From Vicugna vicugna (taxonomy: Eukaryota): a DNA stretch of 64,000 nucleotides. A model generated the notes under the pieces. The model had not been told where the DNA came from and made no database searches. It was given only the letters and a program-made list of their open reading frames with translations. Where the stretch lies: the NCBI GenBank assembly GCA_013265495.1, contig MU058009.1:4406739-4470738 (forward strand), read 5' to 3'. Of this stretch, positions 27,290-39,290 are shown one piece after another; position 1 is the first letter of the stretch, and each line of letters begins with the position of its first letter. The position numbers and the translations under genes are program-made.

Positions 27290-27700
27290 TTAGCCCACCC
27301 TCCTGCCATGGTTATCTTTCTAAATTGCAAACACGATCCTGCCACGCTTTGATCACATCCTCCTGTGCCTCCCTGGCTCCTTCAGGACGAGTCCCACATC
27401 TCAGCGCCCTTGGCCCCCGCCCCCCGCCCTCACCGCGCCTCTCTCGGGATCATCCGCACTCAGAAGTTCTTGACCTTGAGGTGCTTCTCACACCTGTCTG
27501 GGTTCCTCAGGGGCGAGCACCTGCCATGGTTTAGCTGTTCGCCTGCCTTTTCCAGGCTGGTTCCTTCCGCTCCTTCAAGGTGAGTCTTGCTCAGGCATGA
27601 CATCTTCTGGAAGAGCAGCCTGAGCCCTGCTGCCTGGCTCTGTGCCCGCCACCCGGGCCCCTCCAGCCCGTGGACAACATCTCCCATGTTGTGCTGTCAT
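27290..27700 (+). mobile_element. L2 fragment
   Basis: ttatctttctaaattgcaaacacgatcctgccac...gcctgttcc-like...ctgagccct: L2 3' sense pattern. Confidence 0.6.
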
Positions 27701-28069
27701 TTTAGATCCTCCACCAGACTGGGATTTTCCCGGACAGTCGCTCTGCCGCTCATGTTTGTATTCCCAAGAACTTGTCGTGCATTAGCCATCGATACTTCAT
27801 TAGTAAGTGGAAAAGTAAGTTCTGCTCTGTTTTTCCAGCATTCCTGCGGAGTTCTACCAAAAATCTTCCCGCTTTCCGACCTTGTGTCCTTGCATAACCC
27901 AGTACACAAAGATGTATTTCTTCTTTTCAAACTTCAATAAAGCAATAACATATAAAATATGTATTTTTTAAATTTTTTGAAAGAGGCAAGCACAGTTGAG
28001 ACTTTATCTTACAGAATTTTGTGTAAGTGAGGATTTGAGGGGATGCTGAGGGAAGAAGGGAAAAGCCAA

Positions 28070-28260
28070 CTAATGCTGATTTTGCAACTAACGTGTGCCA
28101 GGCACTACGTTACGCATCTTTGCCTGTTCACACCGAGCAATTCTCACGGTCAGTTCTCTCTGGCGTGTTTTACCACTGTACTAATGAAGCTGAGACTGAA
28201 GCTCAGAGAGGCTGTCATACTATGTCTCCGAAGACAGAATGGCTAGTTTGAGAGCTTCAA
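28070..28260 (-). mobile_element. MIR SINE relic
   Basis: ctaacgtgtgccaggcactacg...gagactgaagctcagagaggctg. Confidence 0.7.
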
Positions 28261-29619
28261 GTAGAAGGAAGTATGTCTCATAGGACATAGCAAATAATGG
28301 AGAGGTAAAAACCTTAAACATTCATGTTTTGAAACAAAAGCTGTTTAAAATAAACTCTTAGATGCAAATAAGCTGTGTATTTCAACTTAAACCCCAGAGT
28401 GTTAGGCAGGTTTTAACTGGAGAAATTCCATTTAGAGGACACCGTTCAGCAGGCCCACGCTTCAGTTCTGCTGCTCAGCCTTCCAGTCTCAACTCCGCAC
28501 CTGGTCCCAGTCACTGCCTCCCCGTCCCTCATCAGAAAGGCTTACGGAGCTTTGAGAGCCAATGAGAGATGCTCAGTGATCTCCCCGAAGAACTTCCTGG
28601 TCTGACCGGATTTGACGTCCTAGATGGCACGCGGTCCCTCCACGAGGCCTGTCTGGGTCAGCTGGTATCACCAAGTGCAGAAGGTGGCCCTTTGGACATT
28701 TCCAATTTTACCTCTTTCATGGTGCTCATTCCTCCAACAGTATTTACTCACCCTACCGGTTAATAATTGAACGTGGAATGTGCCGTGGCCCCGGTGCCTC
28801 ATTTGTTTGTGTAGTGATCTATCTTTTCACTATGTCTGCCACCTAAATTAGCTGTCTGCACCCCGGCCTTCCGCCCTCGAGCAGGGGCAGGGAAGAGGCT
28901 GCTTAATTAGCTCCCGGTATTTGCTCTCTCTGCGGCCAGTTTCTTACATCTCTATCCTAAGAGCTGCAAGAGAATACTGTATTTTTTTCCTTTTTATACA
29001 GTTGTTTCCCATCTTAGATATGAGATCCTCATGAGAGTTCCTCTCTGAACTCAAGGCATGAGTGAATGAATAAAGGAGTAAGTGGGAAAACATGGCAAGG
29101 ACAAAAAAGATTTCCTAATGAACGGAAGACGGCACGTACGGAAGGTGGCATCCTTTATAGCTTGAGGGTGTTGGTTTTTAAAAATGATCATAGGATTTGG
29201 TTCCAGTTAGTCTCATTCCCTAGTCGTCATCAAAATAAGTAATTTATTCAACAGAACGTCAAACAGAAAGGAAGCAACGGTTGCCAGTTGAGGTCCCTCC
29301 TGCCTGTTTCCTCAGTCACTTGTGCTCATTGCATGGCTGCCTTCCTAGTGTCAGAAAGTTGAACATCAGCACCTTCTTTGGGCGTTTCCACTGCACCCCC
29401 AATTCTCCGTCCTCTGCCTACAGCAGGACGTCCTGGTAGGAAGGAGTATGTCCCTAACAGGTTTCCAAAAGCACTTCTCTATGTGTATGTTTTAACGGGG
29501 TGCATTTGGGCCAAAGATAATGAAAATGCATCCAGTCATTTAGCTGCCACGCTGAAGAGTAACTAGATAAGCCTCCCCTGAAGAATGGAAAGATAACGGC
29601 AAAGATTCTCATTACCCTG

Positions 29620-30110
29620 AAGTGGTTTGGTAAATAAGGAGTCCGACAAAGGCTGGTTGGAGGATGCTTGCTGGATGGGCTGACAGGTGAAGAATGGATA
29701 GATGGTTCAAATAAATAGGTGGGGAACAGTCATATGAGGGAGGTGCATGAGTGAATAGATGGAATGAGGGTTGGATAAATGGGGAAATAATATGTGAATG
29801 AATAGGTGAGTGGTTAGCTGATGGAGAAATAAATTGGTACATTGATGATTGATGGAGCTGAGAGGCCAGATGAAGTGGAAGACCGATAAACGCCCATGCC
29901 AGCGGGCGAGCAGATGGATGGGCAAGTGCTGTGGTGTGAACAGGAGCGGGACAGGGTCAGGTGTGGCTGGGGAGAGGATGATTAAACGGAAGAAGGGAAA
30001 AGGGGAGGGTAACAGGGAGCGCCAGAGGCATTAAGATGTGAGACTGGAAATCCGTTTCCTCGACAAGTCATGATTTTACAATGAGTGTGAGGAAATTGGA
30101 AACTCTCAAT
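29620..30110 (-). mobile_element. Probable L2 remnant with TGGA/TGAA-rich low complexity
   Basis: gatggatagatgg/tgagtgaatagatgg repeats followed by an L2-like purine-rich segment. Confidence 0.45.
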
Positions 30111-31249
30111 CACTGGTTCCTACCACATCCGTGGTATTTTAATTTACAAAGAACATGATCTAGTCTATCCACTTATCTGTGTTCCATCCCCTGTGGGGGA
30201 AACAGAGTCACGAAAGACCAGAGATTAGCCCTCGTCTACCCAGGAAGCCATTCGAAACGAGTCTCATCACTCGAGCTCCGGGTCTTGGCCAGGGAAGCGG
30301 TTCAGTCAGATGGAGAATCTTGACCCACTTCCTGCTGCGTCCCCAAATCGTGACAGTCACGGGCCTAGGCTTTACTCGGGCAGTCCTGAGGAACCCAGTG
30401 GTTGAAAAAGAAACAGCAATTGCTCAGAGGTTTGACAGAACACACTGAGGGGTGTAAATTCACCAGTGGTGGCGCTGAGGAAACAAAGACTCGCAGGGCC
30501 AGTCCGGTCCCAGGCCACACGTCTATTCAATGGCAGCCGATGTATACACGGTTGGTGAGAAGCTGGGTTCCAGGAAAGTGCTCAATACCCGTTCCTCCAG
30601 CGAGCATACGAATGTGCGACGAAGGTGGAGGAGATGGGGCTTCACTGAACGAGAAAGACGTCCTGGGAAAGGCAATCAGAGGAACGGAGCCGGCTCCCCT
30701 GTCTCCTCCTCATGCTACTACCCGAGGAGCTCACAGGAAGGCTGAGACAGAGAACAGGGACGCCCGTGGTCCTGTTGCCCTGTGAGTGCCACAGTAAACC
30801 GAAGACGGAGAGCAATTAACCCAGCGGCCCTATTACCCTGTGTGTCTGGCAGTGGACCTAAGACAGAGGAGAACTGATCCAGTGGTTCCACTGCCCCATG
30901 AGCACGCCAGTAAACTAAGCCGGAGAAGAGTGAATCCGAAGGCATACACCGTAAAGAACAGACGGAGAGCACGGTCACCGTGTTTTCTCTTACTTACTCT
31001 TGCCCAAGTGGGGCTTAACTCGGCGGGGTCAGGCCGCAGGGACTGCCGAGGAAAGCCCAGACTGAGCAGTGCCTGGTCATCCTGCTCCTGAGGCTTCGCT
31101 CCTGATTTCACCTTAGCCTAGGCCAACAAATAATTTCGACTTCGCGGCTGCAGCTGGATTTCATATTATCTGCATTTTATATGACTTGTAAATGGCACAG
31201 ATTTGTGATACACAAGTGTAATGTGAAAGTGCCCAAACTGCCTAGCATT

Positions 31250-31326
31250 CTGTGTGCGTGTGGGTGCACATGTGGTGGGTGCACGTGTGTGTGTGGGTGC
31301 ACGTGTGCGTGTGGGTGCATATGTGC
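31250..31326. repeat. TG-rich degenerate minisatellite (gtgggtgcac units)
   Basis: gtgggtgcacatgt/gtgggtgcacgtgt repeated about four times. Confidence 0.8.
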
Positions 31327-31485
31327 ATAAAGCGGTGGGGGGAGGGAGAGAGAGAAGCCAGTTTTCTGACTGCATCGACTCCCCAGAGCCAAAAACGCAC
31401 ACAGCCTACCTAGCCCTTCTCCATTCCTGGAAACCCAGTGAGATGTCCTAATAAATAGCCCCCCAAAAGTTACAAATTTCTTTGA

Positions 31486-31633
31486 NNNNNNNNNNNNNNN
31501 NNNNNNNNNNNNNNNNNNNNNNNNNNNNNNNNNNNNNNNNNNNNNNNNNNNNNNNNNNNNNNNNNNNNNNNNNNNNNNNNNNNNNNNNNNNNNNNNNNNN
31601 NNNNNNNNNNNNNNNNNNNNNNNNNNNNNNNNN
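31486..31633. other. Assembly gap (N run) at the distal OPCML 3' UTR
   Basis: Run of N bases. Confidence 0.99.
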
Positions 31634-32353
31634 TGAAGGAAAACATAAGAAAGAAAATAGAAGGAAAAAACTCTAGAAGGCTGACAAAGTTATACTCTTG
31701 TATCATGTGATAAAATTTTAAAGCATTTGAACACAGATTTGCTTTAAGGATAGCGGGGAGTGAGCGCACCTGTCTGACACAGCTGTAACGACACCATTGA
31801 TAAGTCAAAAAATTTTTTTTTAATCTAGAGGACTCTGGACTTGACAGACACATCTTCGTACACCCACACATTCCTCACAACTGCACTGTACACGTCACAC
31901 AAGTTTTCCAATGATTAAAAACGCTCCCTTTAACTAACACAAGGGCAGGCGTGATTACACATCATTGCTATTATGGATACCATTATAAATCTGCCGATAG
32001 CGTAGAATGCAGCCCCGAAAAGGTAGCAGAGGGTTCACCGCCTTTCCTTCCCCACTCACTGTGGTGGAGCAACTGAAATAACGTGGTGCCTTTAAAAGGG
32101 CACCGTGGGAAGAAACAAAACGGAATCTCTTCTAAACTACGGGAAATGAGGCTTCGCGGACCACTTCCAGGATGAAGACAATCGCGTCTAATTAAGTCCA
32201 CTCCACATGCCCTCGGGCTGTATCTTGCACCTGAAGGCTGAATTGCTCTGGTCCAGCTCTATCTTTTCTCCACGTCTTTTCATCGCAGGTCTGCTGCTTC
32301 CTCCTCTCATTACTTGTCTTCTCCTAAGAAGCGAGGGAAACGAGCCTGGCGCT

Positions 32354-32359
32354 TTTATT
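32354..32359 (-). terminator. AATAAA hexamer in the distal OPCML 3' UTR (candidate alternative poly(A) signal)
   Basis: Plus-strand tttatt at 32354-32359. Use of the site cannot be shown from sequence. Confidence 0.35.
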
Positions 32360-35300
32360 TGTTTGCTCTCAGTGATCATCGGTGCTCATCACACAGCATC
32401 TTTTGCAAACGTTGCCTTCCCAGCGACACACCTGTGACGTTCTGCTGCAACTGCTCAAACTTCCTTGTCTTAGAATAAAAAGACAGGGAAGCTCTGGGTA
32501 CTCGGAGGGGAGGCAGCCGGACTGAAGTTTCTAGGAGTCGGGATCACGCGAGACAAAAAAAAAGCTGATTCTCGTTTGGGGGTAAAAAGAGGAAAAGGGA
32601 ACTTTGCCAACAAGAAACATTTTATGCTGCTTCCTCTACTTCCGCTGATGCCAAAGAGATTGCATTTTGTTTTGGAGTTTTTTGTTTGTTGGGCTTTCTG
32701 GAGGGAGGGGTGAGCTGGTTCCAGGTGCTGCAAAGCCGGGTTTTCTCTGGTGGGGGGGCTCAGGGTCAAACCGGGAAAGTCGACGTCGTCCTCATACCCG
32801 GCCTGGCCCTGGGCCTTCCTCCCCTCCTACTGATGCTGGCGACACCACACACAGTCACGGACGAGGAAGCGTTTCTGTCGGCACAGGAGGCCCCCGCCAC
32901 GTTACAGCCGCCCCCGACGCAGTGCCGCCGACGGCTCTGAGACCGGCTCCCACTGTAAGTTCTCTCCTCTGTTCACGTGAGTTTTCCCGGCATACGTCGA
33001 GCTGGCTAACCCCTCCACGTTGGGAGCAAGCTGACTGGACTGGTGCAGACACAGGCCCTTGAACTCACCCTCGGTGGTGGGGTTCCCAGAATCCCAGAGC
33101 ACGCTTCCACCCAGGTTGTGAGAACTAACTGTCCAGCCCCTGAAATGCATTGTCTGGTATGCGGTGTGGGTTTCGGGACCAAGAGCCCCAGGCGTACTTC
33201 TGATTCAAAGTCTCCTCTTGACTTCTGTTCCGTTGAGCACAGCCGCATCAGAACCGCTGCACACAATCCTCCCTGCGCAAAGTAAGGTGCACGGGCTGAC
33301 CGCCGCTCGCCTGCAAGGCCTCCCTCCCCCAGCTAAAACAGGAACGAGGAAGACGAAACGCACTTGCTTAGACTTGTAGGAGACTGTATCAGGCACTTGA
33401 CAGTAAACCACTGAGACCAAGCTTGGCCGGAGCCGGACACTCGCACGTTCATGGGCATGACTTTGGTGGACGCACATGTGAGCTTGGTCCTGGACGGGGG
33501 GCTCTCGGAGCACCTGCATTGCTGAATTCTCCCATTCAATCCCCTGAGAAGCCTTGTCTGGTTTCCTCCCCGTGTGCAAACCTGTGCCGAGCTGCAGGTT
33601 CCCGGGGACCCGGTGCTTTGCCCTCCTTCACCCTAACCGCCACCTCCACCCCTGGTGCCTCGAAGGCAGTCTCTCCAGCAGGACTGATGCACCTGCTCTC
33701 CGTATATAAAGTGGAAAGAGTGTGAGAATCAAGACCGTCTTGAATGAGCGTTGGCTGTTCTATGTGCTTCAGAAGGCTACTGTCCTGGGGAGCCATCCCC
33801 ACCAAGGTAGCCCACGCAGCACGCGTGCTGGAGGACGCCCGCCGTGGAGAAGGCGTTCCTCTCCCAGTGCCCCTTGGGTCTTACTTACTTGGTTTTCTTC
33901 ATCCCAGACAGGGGAGGATGGACGGTAGGACTTTTTCCCTCTGAAACGTGGCTGGAACATGTAACTAAAGATGTCCTTCCTGGTGTCCAGTGGGAGAGGG
34001 CAGCGCAGTGTCCGCAGCGATGCTGAGACCCAGTCTCCTTGTGCTCAGTAGGTTCCGGGATCTTCCAGCCGAAGAAGGATGGACACCTTTAGATCAAGCC
34101 TTGGAGTGAAGGACACACCCAGCTTGTCCGTTTCAAGCACACTATTCTCCAAGACCGTCCATGCTGCCCGGCCTCTGCACTATTCTACCCCAAGCTAACA
34201 CCTGTATTACCAGGAGGACCTTCAGGTGACACATTAAATTCTCGTCCAGTGCCCACAGTGACAGAGCTGAGGCACTGACGTCTGACCGTGCATTCTGACC
34301 CTGTGCTGGCTCGAGACTGTCCCTGGAGCGTGGAATCCACACGCTGCTTTCGGCGTATCATTTCTGGTCCCCAAGTCTGGCTCCTGGGAGCTCCCTCGGA
34401 AATGCGGGTGGATGTTTAAGCGAGCAAATCTAACATTAATTTCACTCACACCAGCTCTAACTCTTACCAAAGCGCCTCGCTCTTTGTATGCCACGTGTGC
34501 ACGTGCACGTGTGTGTGTTTCCCACCCTGAGGCCGCGTTCACGTGGCATCCTGCACAGAAACAAAGGGGCCACGCAGAGGAGGAAGCCCAGTCAAGCACC
34601 AAGGGCGCGGGACTCTGCGGGCTGGAAGTTTCCCGGTCCTCCGGGCTGCGCGCCCGTGGTTCTCGCCCCTCGCAGCTCACCCGCTGCGGCACAGGAAAAG
34701 GGCGCAGCCCCGCGTGCTTTCCGAGGCCATTTCTTCGCATCGAAGGCGCCCTGGCTGGCTGAGCCCTTCTCCTCCCAGGAGATGGTGCAGAAAGATCAGG
34801 TCAGCTCTTCTCTGTGCGTTGGGGCCGCCCTGAACGTGGCGAGCGGAGGGCTTCGCCCTCAAAGCCACCGGAGAAGCAGCGTGTCCCTTGCACTGTCCCC
34901 TCCTGCTTGCTGTGTGGCATTAGCAAGTGCTCAGAAATTAAGTCAGTTGCTCAAGTGCCCTCAGCTCAGAAGAGCTTCCTGAAGCAAATGCCACGTTAAC
35001 AACACACCCGCCGTGTAATTGGCTTCCATCAGCTTTTCACTGGATAGTTTTCAAACAGATTAAACCAAAGCTGGACCAGAGGAGACGGGAGTTGAAGTTG
35101 CTCCGCTCGGACGGACCGCGCGCCTCTTACTGCAGACGCAGACGTGTGTCCTCCTCTTCCTGTCTTGCCGCTAAGGACGGTCCCTAGGTTCCCGACGTGG
35201 GCTTCCTCGAAGGGCTGAGAAGCATGGAGACTGGCACTTCAGTCCTTCCAGTGACAAAGAAAAAAAGCACGCTAGCAATCCAGGCTTCCCCAAGGCTGGG

Positions 35301-36065
35301 CTGCTTCCCAGGAAGACGCTTCTGGAAACACCGTCTCTTCCGGGAACCGTGGGTGACTGCTCACGAGATTGCTCCTTTGGTCCGTCTGTTACCAGCATCG
35401 ACTCCGGGCAGACGGGGCACCGCGTTCCAGAGAGCCCCTTACGTAGTGCTTGTCTGTGTCGTCAGCCCGTGAGCTCACTGGCTTTCACACGAGAAGCTGA
35501 TAGGTAATTCTGGAGATGCCAGTGTCTGCTGAAGGTGGGGGAGAAGTGAACACGGGGGGACAGACACAAAATGATTAGAGACTGATACGGTGATGGACTG
35601 GTGGTGAGTCGTGGGGAAATAAACAGAAAGAAATGCTAGGAAATGACACCGATGGACTGATAAATACAGTAAATACATTGCTAGAGAGGGGGCCGGGCGG
35701 GTGATAACTGGATGGGGCGATGAATCGGACAGGTGAATAGATGGGTAACTGTATGATGACTTTGAGGGAGAGCTTGATATAACCTAAATAATCAGCCACG
35801 TGTGGACCATTTTTCATGACACGGACGGCATTTTTTAAAGAGAAGGACTGTTCTCAAAACACCTCCCCCTTTTTTGGTCACACAACTTCTGAACTTTTAG
35901 TTTTGGGTTGTGCGCATATCCCCAAACCTCGAATCCCCAGTAGAGAAAGCAAACAGGGCAGAATGGCTAGAAAAGATGGCAATATTTCAGGTAGAGAGAG
36001 AACTTCCCGGAAAGAAAGGCCGTGAACCCTAGTGTAATTAGGTAATAATACACTGGAGGCAGCGA

Positions 36066-36073
36066 TATGTACA
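36066..36073 (-). promoter_or_regulatory. Pumilio response element (UGUACAUA) in the OPCML 3' UTR
   Basis: Plus-strand tatgtaca is minus-strand TGTACATA, an exact UGUANAUA match. Confidence 0.5.
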
Positions 36074-36553
36074 TCAGAGTCAGGAGAATGGTCCAAAGCT
36101 GGAGAGACACAGATTGCAGGACGCCTGGACAGAGCTCTCGCTGTGCACTACGTTACAAGCCAAGTCGTGTCTTCAGGGTGTTTATCATGAGGCACATTTT
36201 TTGCGCAAATGGAGCTTATGATTTGGTGCGGGGCGGGGGGTGGAGGCGGTGATGAGGGGGAGCAGAGGAAAGGGGAGGGGCCACGCTGGCAGGAACGGAC
36301 TCTACTTCTGGCCTCGCCCACAAATGACCATCCTGCACATGGTAGAACCCTGCTCGCCCCTCCCCCCAGCCCTGCTTGTTCAAACTGGGAAAGAAAAATC
36401 AAGCAAACAAAACGAATAAAAATGAAAAATCGAGAAGAAGGAGAAGACAAAAAAGAAACGAAAAAGAAGCCCAGACTGGTTTGCCCTCCGCAGTGCAGGT
36501 AAAGTCTGTGATGTGGAGAAGCAGGCATTGCTCAGAAGACCTATGGTTTCTCA

Positions 36554-36654
36554 TCAAAACTTGATGAAGAAGTGAGCAAAGAGGGTCCCCGACAGCCAGA
36601 GGCCGGCCAGCGCTCTGGACGCCGAGTTTACACCATCAATGACGGCTCCAGGCC
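36554..36654 (-). CDS. OPCML: OPCML terminal coding exon, GPI-anchor signal: (G)PGAVIDGVNSASRALAGLWLSGTLFAHFFIKF*
   Basis: Acceptor ctctctccctacacag; the translation matches the OPCML C-terminus ending HFFIKF. Stop TGA at 36556-36554 is followed by a second in-frame TGA. Confidence 0.97.
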
Positions 36655-38319
36655 CTGTGTAGGGAGAGAGAGACAGACGTTTAGCGCTCGCCCGCGGGCG
36701 CCCTGCTCACCCCTGACAAGCACCTGACAGACATGCTTCTCCGTGGGCGCCCCGCCCCCACCCCAGCCCACCCCGAGCCTCCGGGTCGGCGTCCGGCAGG
36801 AGAGCCCGGCCAGAGTGCTGAGACTCGCCGGGGCGCCGGCAGCCGGCAGCCTGCTCCAAAGACAGGGGCTCGCGGGTAGAAGCGGCAGAGGGAGGCGGTG
36901 GCGGTCGGTTAGGCTTGGGGCTGAAGGCGAGGGCAGGGCCTTCTTGCGCTGCATCCCCACCTGGGCGCTACCCTTGGACAGAGTGTCCGGGGCCGACGGG
37001 GAGGGAGGGCAGGGCGTAGGCGTGAGGGGAGGAGAGTCGGAGCGGAGATCCGCACGTGGGGGCGGGGGAAGGGAAGGCGTGGGAGACCCAGGAGTCTAGG
37101 TGGTGCTGTGGCCGGCCTCCCGCCTGGCGTAATGGGATGTGGTGGTGACTTCTGAAGCGGCTGAGGGAGAACGAGCAATCACACCCCAGAGTCTTAAAGA
37201 CGGGACGGGTCTGTGCCAGCGGTCAGCGATGCGTCTCCAGGGCAACGATGAGGGCGGCCCGTTCTCCGCCCCACCTGCCCCCGGACGCCCCGCCTGGCAG
37301 CGTCCTCCTGCGGCCTCCCCCTTCTTCCCTCTCCCTGGCCCCCAGACGCAGCCCTAGGGAGCCGGTCACATTCCACTGTGAGTCCTACGTGCCACACCGC
37401 CCCCTTCGTCTGCCACCGCAAGAAGAGGGCCCTCGCCTGCTCCAAGGCCCAGGGCGGAAGGGTCAGCCTCCAGCTCTGCCCCTGTGCCCCTCCGTCACCT
37501 TAGTTACAAAAGCCTTGAGAATTCAGGATCGGGAGCAAGAGCCAGCGAGCAGCGTGCTCCAGGGAAAGCAAGATCAGGTGCGCCCCAGTGGACAGAAGCC
37601 CTCGAGAGGCATCCTTGGAGGCCCAGAAACAGAGGGAGGGGTGCAGACAAAACAGGCGTGCCTCATCCAGCTTCCCAGGCGGGACTCACTGCCTCCTGCA
37701 TAGTCAGTCGGCTTGCTGAATAAGCATGACCATTTAAAAAGTGTCGGTGGAGTGGGGTCGCCCGCGACAGACCCCGCGTCACTTGGCCTGCGTGTCGGCG
37801 TGGAGGTGCGGCGGCGTGGTCCCGGCCCTGCTGGGCGGGCACGGGGCTCACAGGTGGCCAGGGGCAGAACGGGTCTCGCGCTCCAGCAGAGCACCCAGCT
37901 GTTCGGCTGCGGGGACCTCAGCGCGATACCTGTTCTGTCTCTGACTTCCAGTGCGGACCGTTCTCCTAGTTACTGAAAACTCATGTCTACATGATAGCTT
38001 TAGAGTGTGGCTCATGGTTCCCTGTGCTTCTCTTATAGACTATTCACAGAACAGGGCAGACTCCAGGCCCCAGCCCATCACTGTGGTCGCCGTGGGAGTT
38101 TCACAAACACCTATGGAAAGTGGCCTGACTCCGGGCCCCATCGGCCGGGCCCCCGTCCTAGGGAGTCACCCTGGCTACAGAATGCACCGAGCTGGAAAAG
38201 GCCGTGTGAAGCTCAAGGTAATCATATGCTCTTTTGCAGAGCATGAAGGATTTAGATTTTTAAATGAGTTTATAAGGAAGTGAGCAATGCAGATTTGCAA
38301 GACCCATGTTTCCTTAAAG

Positions 38320-38650
38320 TATATTTAAAATATAAAATGTATCTTATAAAGTATATATAATATAAACTTTATATTAAAATATAAAGCATATACGTTTATA
38401 TTGTAATATAGAGAATATTAAAATGAAAAGTATGTATTATTCTTTAAAGAATATTTAAAATATGAAGTATATAAAGCACATATTATAAAGTATGTGTAAT
38501 ATAAAGTTTATATTAATATATAAGGAATATTTAAACTATAAAATATATATAACTATATATAACATTTCTATTATAAGGAATACTTAAAATATGAAGTATG
38601 CAATGTAAGAATATTAAAGCATAAAGACACACAGTATATGCATAAAGTAT
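38320..38650. repeat. AT-rich low-complexity tract (tataa/aatat units)
   Basis: About 330 bp that is almost entirely A/T, inside GC-rich intron sequence. Confidence 0.9.
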
Positions 38651-39099
38651 ATGACGTGCATAGCTGGTTGTACAAGTTTACACATGCAGATGTGGTGTGT
38701 GCACATCTTTGTCTAACTCATGATATTGATAGCTACTTGAGAAACAACTGAATGAGCTCCATGCCAGTCGGAGACGAATCGCCTTGTTCCGAGTTCTACC
38801 AGTGGACCGAGTGTCCCTTTGGATCCCCGGCCACCAGCACGAGGCTGGATGTAGCTAAAACAAAGGGAGAGGAGAAGGATTTGGGAAGGCAGAGCATAAA
38901 GGTGCGAGGTGCGCAGAGAGCAGAGGCAGGAGGCAGTTGCCGTGAGAGGTCCGCGCTGGTCAGCCGGGGGGCTCTCAGCCCCCCGGGGCTCACCCCAGGT
39001 GGGAGCGCCAAGGCACGGGGCCCTGCGGGGGTCGGCATAGCTCCTGCTCAGCCCGCGGATGGGGGTGATGATAACGAGTATTTAGAGGGTCTTCTCTGC

Positions 39100-39290
39100 G
39101 TGGCGAGAATGTCTCTAAATCCAAGCGCCTATTAACCCGCTGAGTCTTCTCTGAACCCCGTGGCATTCCCATTTTATAGACGGGGAGCTAAAGAGCAGAG
39201 CAGCTCGGCACCCTGCCTGGGGCCACACAAGGCACAGAGCGGGACGAGATGAGCAGGGTGAGAACCAAGTCACTCCGTCTACACAGCCAG
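39100..39290 (-). mobile_element. MIR SINE relic
   Basis: cccattttatagacggggagctaaagagcagag...ggggccacacaagg. Confidence 0.65.

Larger units (their letters stand above)
31470..36553 (-). other. OPCML: OPCML long 3' UTR (about 5 kb; the distal end is approximate and runs across the N gap)
   Basis: Follows the stop directly. Several segments resemble the human OPCML 3' UTR as I recall it (e.g. ...taaacaccctgaagacac..., ...tttgaaaactatccagt...). Contains U-rich tracts. Confidence 0.7.

Noticed and set aside
1-31400. Search for NTM terminal exons, expected by synteny downstream of OPCML on the opposite strand
   Set aside because: No NTM-like C-terminal coding sequence was seen.
34492-34511. Three tandem CACGTG E-boxes in the 3' UTR
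   Set aside because: Best explained as decay of a (TG)/(CA) microsatellite.
35375-35381. miR-9 7-mer site (ACCAAAG) in the 3' UTR
   Set aside because: A single 7-mer is expected by chance in 5 kb, and it does not appear conserved in the human UTR as I recall it.
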